Shown here one piece after another: positions 17,463 to 25,033 of a stretch of 64,000 bases of DNA (position 1 is its first letter; each line of letters opens with the position of its first letter). The notes beneath the pieces are model-generated. The model was not told the DNA's origin and made no database searches. It saw only the letters and a list, made by a program, of their open reading frames with translations. Source of the stretch: an uncultured Lachnospiraceae bacterium (lineage in GTDB: Bacteria > Bacillota > Clostridia > Christensenellales > UBA1242). The stretch is taken from assembly GCA_964416085.1 (NCBI GenBank), contig CAYQCO010000001.1, positions 3,424 to 67,423 of the forward strand, in the 5' to 3' direction. Made by a program: the position numbers and the translations under genes.

Positions 17463-19685
17463 ATGAAGTTAATCGGAAGTATTGAAAGCGTAATATATAG
17501 GAATGATGACAACAATTATACTGTCCTTGCCGTAAAGAGCGAAAGCAAGCGTGTGGTGGTCGTTGGCAAACTCCCACAAATAAGTGTCGGTGAAGGGATT
17601 GAAGCAGAAGGCGAAATGGTGCACAACTCAAAATATGGCGACCAGTTTAACGCCAAAGAAGTGACAATATTGAAGCCTAGCAATGCACTTGCAATAGAGA
17701 GATATTTGGCAAGTGGAATAATCCGCGGAATTGGTCCTGCAACGGCCAAAAAAATTGTGGACCATTTTGGAAGCGACACATTGACAATCTTGGAATTTAA
17801 TCCTATTAGGCTTAGTGAAGTTAGGGGCATTAGCAAAAACAAGGCGGCAGAAATCGGCGAAGCATATCTTGATTGCAAAGTTATGCAAGAGGCGGTTATG
17901 TTTTTGCAAAGCCACGGCATCACAACCAATATGGCCTTGAAAATTTTTGACACTTACAAACAAAACACCATAAAGCAAGTCAAAGAAAACCCATATAGAC
18001 TTGTGGAAGATATTGACGGAATCGGTTTTGCGACCGCCGACACCATTGCACAAAAAACTGGCGTAGACCCTTTTAGCGAAGACAGAATTAAGGCCGGAAT
18101 TCTTCACACCTTAAAGCAAGCAAGTGACAAAGAAGGCCACACATATTTAATTCTATCAAACCTTATTGACAACAGTATAAATTTGCTAAACTTCACACCA
18201 GAAGACGAAAGCAAAATCAAATATGTGCTTGACTTTATGGTGCTGGAAGCAAGTATAAAATCATTCAATTATAAGGGCGAAGATATTGTCTGTCTTAGCA
18301 AATTTTATTATCAAGAACTTTATGTCGCAAGAAAACTATGTGCATTGTCGCAAAATATTTTTGACAACAATTTTGACTACTCTTCGGCCATAGAACACTA
18401 TCAACAACTAAACAAAATTACATTAAACAGCGAACAAATTTCTGCAATAACTAGCGCCTTAAAAAATGGTGTAAGTATAATTACCGGCGGTCCCGGAACG
18501 GGAAAAACCACTATTTTGAAGTGTATTTTGAGTATTTTGGAACAGAACAACAAAAAAGTCACTCTTTGCGCCCCAACTGGCCGAGCATCCAAGCGAATGA
18601 GCGAAAGCACAGGCAAACCTGCCAAAACAATTCACAGAGCACTCGAAATGATGTCGACCGAAAACAACGGCAATATTTTTCACAAAAATGAAAGCAACCC
18701 AATAGACACAGATGTTATGATTATTGACGAAATGTCAATGGTTGACGTGTCATTGTTTTATCACCTACTCAAAGCCCTAAAAACAACCACAAGAATTATA
18801 CTTGTTGGCGACAAAGACCAACTTCAATCTGTTGGCGCTGGCAATGTTTTGCGTGATATGATTGAGAGCGAAAAGTTGTCCACAACTTTCTTGCAAAAAA
18901 TTTATAGGCAAGGCAACGACAGTCTTATCATTTACAATGCACACCTAATCAACAACGGCAAAATGCCAGAAATTGACAATTCGAGCAAGGATTTCTTTTA
19001 TGAAAACGAAAAAGATTTGGAAAAATGCAGCGAAAAAATTGTTGACCTAGTAAGCACTCGTATCCCAAATTATTTTCATATTGAAACAGACAAAATTCAA
19101 GTGCTTGCCCCTATGAAAGCCGGTGTTTGTGGAATTGACAATCTTAATAAGAAACTCCAAATGGTGTTAAATCCACAATTTAAAAGCAACAACACAAACA
19201 GCGATTTTGTGCGCTTTCAAGTTGGCGACAAAGTTATGCAAATTGTCAACAACTATGACATAGAATACAAGCGCAACGGAAAATACGGCGACACACAGGA
19301 AGGCAAAGGTGTATACAACGGCGATATTGGAAAAATCATAAATATAGAACCGAATAGTTATGAAGTAACCATTGAATTTGATGACGGCAAAGTGTGTGTT
19401 TATCCAAAAAATGAACTTCACCAAATCACCCTCGCCTATGCTATCACAATCCACAAAAGTCAAGGTAGTGAATTTGATGCAGTCGTCATTCCACTTGTGC
19501 CAGGCGCCCCTATGATTATTACACGAAATTTACTTTATACAGCAATCACTCGTGCCAAAAAAGTTGTGGTCTTGATTGGTCCAAAACAACACCTTGCAAG
19601 AATGATTTATAACAACTACACAACCAAAAGATGGACAATGTTAAAAAATTATATCCAAGACGAATATGCAAAATTTTGCGAATAA
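17463..19685 (+). CDS. recD2: ATP-dependent RecD2-like DNA helicase (RecD/TraA family)
   Basis: 740 aa. Walker A is ITGGPGTGKTT and Walker B is MIIDEMSMVD. C-terminal motif is YAITIHKSQGSEF. The N-terminal domain arrangement is typical of Firmicute RecD2. Confidence 0.85.
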   Translation: MKLIGSIESVIYRNDDNNYTVLAVKSESKRVVVVGKLPQISVGEGIEAEGEMVHNSKYGDQFNAKEVTILKPSNALAIERYLASGIIRGIGPATAKKIVDHFGSDTLTILEFNPIRLSEVRGISKNKAAEIGEAYLDCKVMQEAVMFLQSHGITTNMALKIFDTYKQNTIKQVKENPYRLVEDIDGIGFATADTIAQKTGVDPFSEDRIKAGILHTLKQASDKEGHTYLILSNLIDNSINLLNFTPEDESKIKYVLDFMVLEASIKSFNYKGEDIVCLSKFYYQELYVARKLCALSQNIFDNNFDYSSAIEHYQQLNKITLNSEQISAITSALKNGVSIITGGPGTGKTTILKCILSILEQNNKKVTLCAPTGRASKRMSESTGKPAKTIHRALEMMSTENNGNIFHKNESNPIDTDVMIIDEMSMVDVSLFYHLLKALKTTTRIILVGDKDQLQSVGAGNVLRDMIESEKLSTTFLQKIYRQGNDSLIIYNAHLINNGKMPEIDNSSKDFFYENEKDLEKCSEKIVDLVSTRIPNYFHIETDKIQVLAPMKAGVCGIDNLNKKLQMVLNPQFKSNNTNSDFVRFQVGDKVMQIVNNYDIEYKRNGKYGDTQEGKGVYNGDIGKIINIEPNSYEVTIEFDDGKVCVYPKNELHQITLAYAITIHKSQGSEFDAVVIPLVPGAPMIITRNLLYTAITRAKKVVVLIGPKQHLARMIYNNYTTKRWTMLKNYIQDEYAKFCE

Positions 19686-20028
19686 AATTATTTATATTTT
19701 GCAAAAAATTAAAAATAAATTACAGCAAAGTTCAAATTAAAATAAAAGTAATAAATTGAAATAAAAAAAATAATAAATAAAACAAATAATAATTGTAAAA
19801 AATTATGATTTAAAAATAAAAAATATTAGAAATTAATAATAAAAACATCAAAATAATTGATTTTTATGCTATTTTTAAGCATTTTCGCAAATTTTAAATA
19901 TTTTATATTTAATTTTATTTTGAATTTATTTAATATTTTATTTATTTGCAATTTTAAGTATTTAATTAATTTTAAATATTCAACATTTAATTTTAATTAT
20001 TCAATATTAATTTTGATAAGGAGATGTT

Positions 20029-20763
20029 ATGAAAATATTTGGCGGAATAAAAAATAGAATTTTAAATTCAATTTTTCCAGACAATATCAAGTGTATTTTT
20101 TGTGATGAAGAATTGCCTAGCCCTACACCTTTTGACACTTGCGACAAATGTATGGAATTGTTGCCATTTCTCGAAAAAGATTTTTGTCCACGATGCGGTG
20201 GAAAGTTGGAAGAAGACCAAATAGGTGTTTGCTTCAACTGCAAGAAAAACAATTTTGATTTTTCTTATGCTCGTTCAGTTTTTGTTTATGATGATTTTAT
20301 CCGTCCAATTGTTCACAAATTTAAGTTCGGCAGCGGAAAATATCTTGCAAAGCCACTCGCAAATTTTATGGCCGAAAAACTCAAATCTTTGGATTGGAAT
20401 ATTGACATAATCACTTATGTCCCAATGTTTAAGAAACGTGAAAAGCAACGCGGATTTAATCAAGCAAGAGAACTTGCCAACGAAATTGGCAAAATTTTGA
20501 ACATCCCAGTGCAAGACATTTTCGAAAAGAAAGTTGACACTCACGAGCAAGCAAGACTCAACAGTATGTCTAGACGAAAAAATTTGAAAGACGCTTTCAA
20601 AGTGATTGGCCGAAATCTAAAAGACAAAACAATCCTTATTGTTGATGATATTTATACAACTGGTGCCACGTGTAGCGAACTGAGTAGCATCATCAAAGAT
20701 AGATGTCAAGAGACATTTGTCTTGACACTTGCCCACACACAACTTGACGAAAAAGACGTGTAA
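20029..20763 (+). CDS. comFC: ComF family protein (ComFC-like phosphoribosyltransferase-fold)
   Basis: SD AAGGAG lies before the ATG. N-terminal Cys pairs are CIFC..CDKC and CPRCGG..CFNC. PRTase motif is ILIVDDIYTTGAT. Confidence 0.8.
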   Translation: MKIFGGIKNRILNSIFPDNIKCIFCDEELPSPTPFDTCDKCMELLPFLEKDFCPRCGGKLEEDQIGVCFNCKKNNFDFSYARSVFVYDDFIRPIVHKFKFGSGKYLAKPLANFMAEKLKSLDWNIDIITYVPMFKKREKQRGFNQARELANEIGKILNIPVQDIFEKKVDTHEQARLNSMSRRKNLKDAFKVIGRNLKDKTILIVDDIYTTGATCSELSSIIKDRCQETFVLTLAHTQLDEKDV

Positions 20764-20818
20764 AGCCCAAACAAAAAATGTGTATAAAATCTATTGTCAA
20801 TGTTGAATTATACAAAAA

Positions 20819-20841
20819 AGTTGGAGAATATCTCTCCAACT
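20819..20841. terminator. bidirectional rho-independent terminator (comFC / spoIIID convergent)
   Basis: Perfect 9-bp stem agttggaga / tctccaact with loop atatc. An A-run lies upstream and a T-run downstream. Confidence 0.8.
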
Positions 20842-20850
20842 TTTTGTTTG

Positions 20851-21114
20851 TTATAATGTGCGCTCGTGCTCGTGAAGATATTTTTGACGAGTTGACTCGC
20901 CCCCACGAATATGTTTTTCTTGAAAGTTTTTGTCCAAAATTATTTTCACTTGTTCATACAATCTAAAATTGTAGTGCGGCAAGCGATATTTCAAATCTGC
21001 GTGGACACTACTTTTTGACACACCAAAATGTTTGGCGCAAGCACGTATTGTAGTTTCATTGTCAATAATGTAATAAGCATAATTTAAAATTCTATCTTGA
21101 ATTTCTGTATACAT
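20851..21114 (-). CDS. spoIIID: sporulation transcriptional regulator SpoIIID
   Basis: 87-aa HTH protein: MYTEIQDRILNYAYYIIDNETTIRACAKHFGVSKSSVHADL...GGESTRQKY. SD AAAGGAG. Confidence 0.8.
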   Translation of the reverse strand: MYTEIQDRILNYAYYIIDNETTIRACAKHFGVSKSSVHADLKYRLPHYNFRLYEQVKIILDKNFQEKHIRGGESTRQKYLHEHERTL

Positions 21115-21229
21115 AATTCACTCCTTTGTGAAATATGTATATGACTATTTTCGACAAATAATGACAAATGCTTATCTAAACTTTTTTTAATTAAAATGTA
21201 TTTGTGCAAAAAATTTTCAACCCAAAATT

Positions 21230-21940
21230 CTATTCTTTGTCTAGCAAATTGTAGTTTTCCGCATCCAAAATTGCAGTTTCAATACGTTTTTTGCTGTTTG
21301 GAATTATTTTGTTGATATCTTCAATCAGTTTTTCCACATCTTGACGTTTGCTATCTTTGTCGGCTGGACAAATACTTTTTTTGACCGGAAAATCTTTGCT
21401 TACAGTTTTTATTGTCTTTTCACTTGTCAAATACAATGGGCGAATTAGAGTCACTTTGGTTTTTGACATAAAGGATTTTGGCTTCATTGTGGAAAGTCGG
21501 CCTTCATACAACAATGACAAAAAGAATGTTTCTATCACATCTTGCAGGTGGTGACCAAGGGCCAGTTTGTTGCAGCCTAGCCTGTTGCAAGCACTGTTTA
21601 ATGCTCCTCTACGCATCTTTGCACACAGACTGCACGGATTGGATTCTTTTCTTATTTCAAAAACAACATCGTGGATATCCGTCTTTTCAACAACAAACTC
21701 AACACCAAGTTCATCGCAAAAGTTTTTTAGGTGAGAATAGTCTTCTCTTCCAGAATAAATATCCACAGTTATCGCCACCAAATCAAAATGGACGGGCGAA
21801 AATCTTTGATACATTTTTAGCGCCTTTAAAAGAACAAGACTATCCTTGCCACCGCTTAGGCCAACCGCAATTTTGTCGTTTTCATCAATTAGGTGATATT
21901 TTTCCACCGCTTTTCTTAATGTGCTCAATATCCTTTGCAT
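21230..21940 (-). CDS. PP-loop ATPase, tRNA 2-thiocytidine biosynthesis TtcA-like
   Basis: SGGKDS PP-loop and CSLCAKMRRG. Start trimmed to ATG 21940, which is preceded by GGTGGAG. Confidence 0.75.
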   Translation of the reverse strand: MQRILSTLRKAVEKYHLIDENDKIAVGLSGGKDSLVLLKALKMYQRFSPVHFDLVAITVDIYSGREDYSHLKNFCDELGVEFVVEKTDIHDVVFEIRKESNPCSLCAKMRRGALNSACNRLGCNKLALGHHLQDVIETFFLSLLYEGRLSTMKPKSFMSKTKVTLIRPLYLTSEKTIKTVSKDFPVKKSICPADKDSKRQDVEKLIEDINKIIPNSKKRIETAILDAENYNLLDKE

Positions 21941-22089
21941 AATTTTCTCCACCAATAGATTAACACAATGTGCAATTTTTTTCAACATTTGTGTGAAAAT
22001 TTTGCAAAAAAATAAATATTTTTGTAAAAAATTCAAAAATGTTTGGTTTTTGTAAAAAAATATTGTATAATAAAGCAAAGGAACAAAAT

Positions 22090-22803
22090 ATGTGTATCAA
22101 CAGACATATTCTGTTGGTTTCTAAACGAAGAGATCTCAACAACATAAAAGAAGTTTGCATTGACAAAAGTTTGATTGTCACCCACGCAACAAATTTTTGT
22201 GATACAATCGAATCTTTGGTTACGAACAGATTTAGCATTATTTTTATTAGCAAGGATGATTTCCCAATTACAAATGATTTTTTTGATTTGATAAAGAGAA
22301 ATTGCTTTTTTGTGCCATTTGCCGTTATTTTGAGCGAAACACCTATGCAAATTGACCGCGAAAATACTTTTTGGCTTAATCCAGATGACATTGAAAAGGC
22401 ATCTGAGATTATTGACTTTTGCAAAACCAACAACAAAAGTCAAAATTATTTGTATACTGATTCATATTTGAAAAACGCTGTGGACAAAAGCCTTGCATCG
22501 TTGGGATTTTCACCAAAATACAAGGGTTACACTTATCTCTCGACTGTAATTTTTCGCGTAATGACTAGCGCCAACAGCATAATTAACTTGCAAAATTCGG
22601 CTTATCCTTTTGTTGCATCGCTATTTGGCGTGAGCGTGGCAAGTGTCGAAAGAGATGTGCGTAATTTGATTAGCCACACCATCCCAAAACTTGCAGACGA
22701 CAGTCTTTTGAAAACCAAACTTGAAAACCGCCGTCCGTCTTGCAAAAATGTTATTCATATTGCCTGCACTGAATTGAAAGAAATGTTGAAGATTGAAGAA
22801 TAG
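22090..22803 (+). CDS. Spo0A C-terminal-domain protein with a degenerate receiver-like N-terminus
   Basis: The C-terminal segment GFSPKYKGYTYLSTVIFRVMTS...AYPFVASLFGVSVASVERDVRNLISHT resembles the Spo0A DNA-binding domain. The N-terminus has HILLVSKRRD and FSIIFISKDDFP where a receiver would have DD and the phospho-Asp. Start chosen at ATG 22090, after AAAGGAA. Confidence 0.6.
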   Translation: MCINRHILLVSKRRDLNNIKEVCIDKSLIVTHATNFCDTIESLVTNRFSIIFISKDDFPITNDFFDLIKRNCFFVPFAVILSETPMQIDRENTFWLNPDDIEKASEIIDFCKTNNKSQNYLYTDSYLKNAVDKSLASLGFSPKYKGYTYLSTVIFRVMTSANSIINLQNSAYPFVASLFGVSVASVERDVRNLISHTIPKLADDSLLKTKLENRRPSCKNVIHIACTELKEMLKIEE

Positions 22804-23502
22804 TTATTCTTTGCTCTTTTTTTCTAGCCTTTTTTCCATAAACTTTGAAAGTTTGGTCAAAAGATAAACATCAATTACGGCCAAGTTTGCCAACATTATC
22901 CATTCAACGACTGTCAAACTTTTCCAATCAATAACACTTCCACCCATAAAGCAAATTGCAACAATTTCTATTGAGCGGACTAGCAATGTCACAACAAAAA
23001 AATATGCAAAATTGATTTTGTTTATCCCAGAAGTTACACACAAAATGTCGTGCGGAAAAAGTGGAATAAGATACAAAAACGGAAGAGTAAGAGCGCTCTT
23101 TATTTCACTCTTTTTTTGCACATCTTCAAGTTCTTTTTTGTCAACAAACTTTTGTGCAAGTTTTATCCCAAACTTATTGCCACAAAAATATAAAATTGAC
23201 GACACCAAAATCATTCCTATTGCACTCAACAAAAAACCAATCTTTGCCCCAAACAAAATTATTGAAAGTGTCACCCACAACTCGTCTTCAAATGGCACGA
23301 CAAAAATTGGCACAGACAAAACAATCTGTGTGAGCAAAAATACCGCCCACGCGCCACCACTAAATTTTGCAATAAAATCCCTTAATGTTGAAATGCTTGT
23401 AATATTAAATTTTTTGAGCAAAAAATACACCAAAAATGACAGCAAGCATATCACTGCCACAACACACACAATCAAAACAATCCGCTTTTTCTTTTTATCC
23501 AT
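22804..23502 (-). CDS. TVP38/TMEM64 (DedA-related) family membrane protein
   Basis: 232 aa and polytopic. The pattern ...LPFLYLIPLFPHDILCVTSGINKINF... is typical of SNARE-associated/TVP38 proteins. Confidence 0.6.
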   Translation of the reverse strand: MDKKKKRIVLIVCVVAVICLLSFLVYFLLKKFNITSISTLRDFIAKFSGGAWAVFLLTQIVLSVPIFVVPFEDELWVTLSIILFGAKIGFLLSAIGMILVSSILYFCGNKFGIKLAQKFVDKKELEDVQKKSEIKSALTLPFLYLIPLFPHDILCVTSGINKINFAYFFVVTLLVRSIEIVAICFMGGSVIDWKSLTVVEWIMLANLAVIDVYLLTKLSKFMEKRLEKKSKE

Positions 23503-23507
23503 ACTTC

Positions 23508-23537
23508 ATAATATGGAAGAAAAAAATAAATGTTCAA
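23508..23537 (-). promoter_or_regulatory. promoter abutting TVP38 start (TTGAAC-18-TATTAT, then 5 nt, then ATG)
   Basis: The -35 is the complement of 23532-23537 and the -10 is the complement of 23508-23513. ATG is at 23502 and there is no SD. Confidence 0.4.
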
Positions 23538-23555
23538 CTTATCCCCACCCTAAAC

Positions 23556-23589
23556 AAAAAAAGTCCTCAAAACTAAAAAGGACTTTTTA
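23556..23589 (-). terminator. rho-independent terminator after the 178-aa gene
   Basis: Stem aaagtcct / aggacttt (23560-23567 / 23579-23586). A T7 run follows on the minus strand (A-run 23556-23562 on plus). Confidence 0.7.
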
Positions 23590-23623
23590 TCTTAAAACAA
23601 ACAGACACCTAAGTGTATTGATA

Positions 23624-24160
23624 TCAAATCTTTAACAAAAAATATTTTAAATTGTTTTTATAATCCACCCAATGAACAGAATAATGATTTTTGTATAAAA
23701 TTTCTCCTGCACTTCTAAAAATTGCATTGTTGCTGTCCGATTGATAATTGCCTTTGTAAAAACCATACTCTGTTGCATCTATAAAGGTCAAAACAAAGCC
23801 ACCTTTAAAATCCAAATTAAATTTTAATTCTTCGATAAAGTCAATATCTTTTAAGAATGAATCCATTCTTTTACCATATGCTTTTTTGCGTGGATATTTT
23901 AATTCAATAGCATAACTTTCATTTTTGACTTCATCGTAGATAACTATATCTATTTCGTGCTTTGTAAATTTTGTATTGTCAAAAGTTTCTTTGTTAGAGC
24001 AAAAGTTGTTTATATTTCTTTCGAATTCCACTTTGTAATTTTTCAATTTCTCCTTTAAAAAGTAACCTAGTTCAAATTGTAGCGAAATTTCATTATAAAT
24101 AGATTTAAAATTATTACTAATTAAAAATTGATTTATTAGTTCTTCAATTTTTGATATCAC
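23624..24160 (-). CDS. hypothetical protein with PD-(D/E)XK nuclease-like motif
   Basis: 178 aa with a GTG start after AAAGGAAAC. Motif order ...FELGYFL...HEIDIVIYDEVKNESYAIELKYPRK fits E...D-x13-E-x-K. Confidence 0.5.
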   Translation of the reverse strand: MISKIEELINQFLISNNFKSIYNEISLQFELGYFLKEKLKNYKVEFERNINNFCSNKETFDNTKFTKHEIDIVIYDEVKNESYAIELKYPRKKAYGKRMDSFLKDIDFIEELKFNLDFKGGFVLTFIDATEYGFYKGNYQSDSNNAIFRSAGEILYKNHYSVHWVDYKNNLKYFLLKI

Positions 24161-24331
24161 TTTTACGTTTCCTTTTAATTATGTCTCTTATATATTTGTT
24201 TTACTATTTTTTATTGTATAAATATCAAATCTATTAATTCAACTTTTTGATATAATTACGCAATTGTCTTTAATGTTTTATGAAATAGATAATCATTATT
24301 GGAGGGTGGCGATGTTTTTATTTCTTAAATT

Positions 24332-24574
24332 TTATTCGCAAATAATTGCCTTAATGTCTGCTCCCCAACTTTTTTCTCTTAATTTTACATCTTCACCATA
24401 TGTAACAATTTTAATTTTTATAGTTTTAGATGCGGAACCAGAATTAACTTTTTGATAAGTTATATCTTCACCCCAATTAACTATTTTAACTTTTGCCTCT
24501 TCACCATAATCAACAACTTGTAATTTTACCGTTTGTCCTTTTAACATTTTAAAATCAGCTTTTGAATATCTCAT
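24332..24574 (-). CDS. 80-aa protein of five degenerate 11-12-aa repeats ([YW]-[GS]-x-[ED]-[DE]-hydrophobic-K)
   Basis: SD AAAGGAG. Repeats are YSKADFKMLK / DYGEEAKVKIV / NWGEDITYQKV / TYGEDVKLREK / SWGADIKAIICE. Confidence 0.65.
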   Translation of the reverse strand: MRYSKADFKMLKGQTVKLQVVDYGEEAKVKIVNWGEDITYQKVNSGSASKTIKIKIVTYGEDVKLREKSWGADIKAIICE

Positions 24575-24714
24575 AACTTTTCTCCTTTAATAATTTATTT
24601 TTTAATTTTGTTTTTATAGACTTTCTTTAAGCAATTCCTTTAAGTTTTCACTTAAATACTTGCTATTTCATTCCGTAGTTTTCGCCACACTATCAAATTT
24701 CATTATCTATCCCC

Positions 24715-24776
24715 CAAGTCTTTTGACCTGATTACATTATACTAGGTTTTTTGACCTAAGTCAAGTCTTTTGACCT
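24715..24776. promoter_or_regulatory. direct-repeat operator candidates in the divergent promoter region
   Basis: A perfect 15-nt repeat caagtcttttgacct occurs at 24715-24729 and 24762-24776. A third TTTTGACCT copy lies at 24749-24757. Confidence 0.5.
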
Positions 24777-24797
24777 ATATTGAGATAAAATATTTGT

Positions 24798-24995
24798 ATG
24801 GAATTTCAAGAAATTATACAAGATATTTTGTTACAAAACAATTTAAGTCAAGAAAAGTTGGGAAAAATTCTAGGCGTCAATCAAACAACAGTCAGTCAAT
24901 GGCTATTGGGCAAGAAAAAACCATCTTTTGATAGTATTAATGCAATATATAAAAATTTTAAAATCACACCAAATGAATTATTTGGTATAAAATAA
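24798..24995 (+). CDS. XRE-family helix-turn-helix transcriptional regulator
   Basis: 65 aa. LSQEKLGKILGVNQTTVSQWLLGKKKPS is a classic Cro/CI HTH. No SD; TAAAAT lies 6 nt before the ATG. Confidence 0.75.
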   Translation: MEFQEIIQDILLQNNLSQEKLGKILGVNQTTVSQWLLGKKKPSFDSINAIYKNFKITPNELFGIK

Positions 24996-25020
24996 AAAAG
25001 GTCTTTATTGACCTTTAATT
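24996..25020. terminator. bidirectional terminator (XRE gene / recR convergent)
   Basis: Stem aaaggtc / gaccttt (24997-25003 / 25010-25016) with loop tttatt. A and T runs on both sides. Confidence 0.75.
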
Positions 25021-25033
25021 TTTATTTTAATCA

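Noticed and set aside
17516-19463. Antisense or off-frame ORFs inside recD2 (17516..17953, 17628..18107, 18401..18683, 19167..19463). Similar nested ORFs lie inside dnaX, recR, addAB, mfd, the VirB4-like gene and others.
   Set aside because: They are fully embedded in well-supported genes with diagnostic motifs. They have no SDs and show compositional mirror effects.
19857-20057. The 66-aa ORF (MIFMLFLSIFANFKYFIFNF...) in the recD2-comFC spacer, and the TTG/GTG-initiated N-terminal extensions of several ORFs (16562..17404, 21230..22078, 22039.., 33433..34038, 49555.., 53833.., 54653..56200, 58015..).
   Set aside because: These are F/N/I/L/K low-complexity translations of A+T-only DNA. Better starts with an SD or a promoter-abutting ATG, and family-typical N-termini, lie downstream. 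Coordinates were trimmed accordingly.
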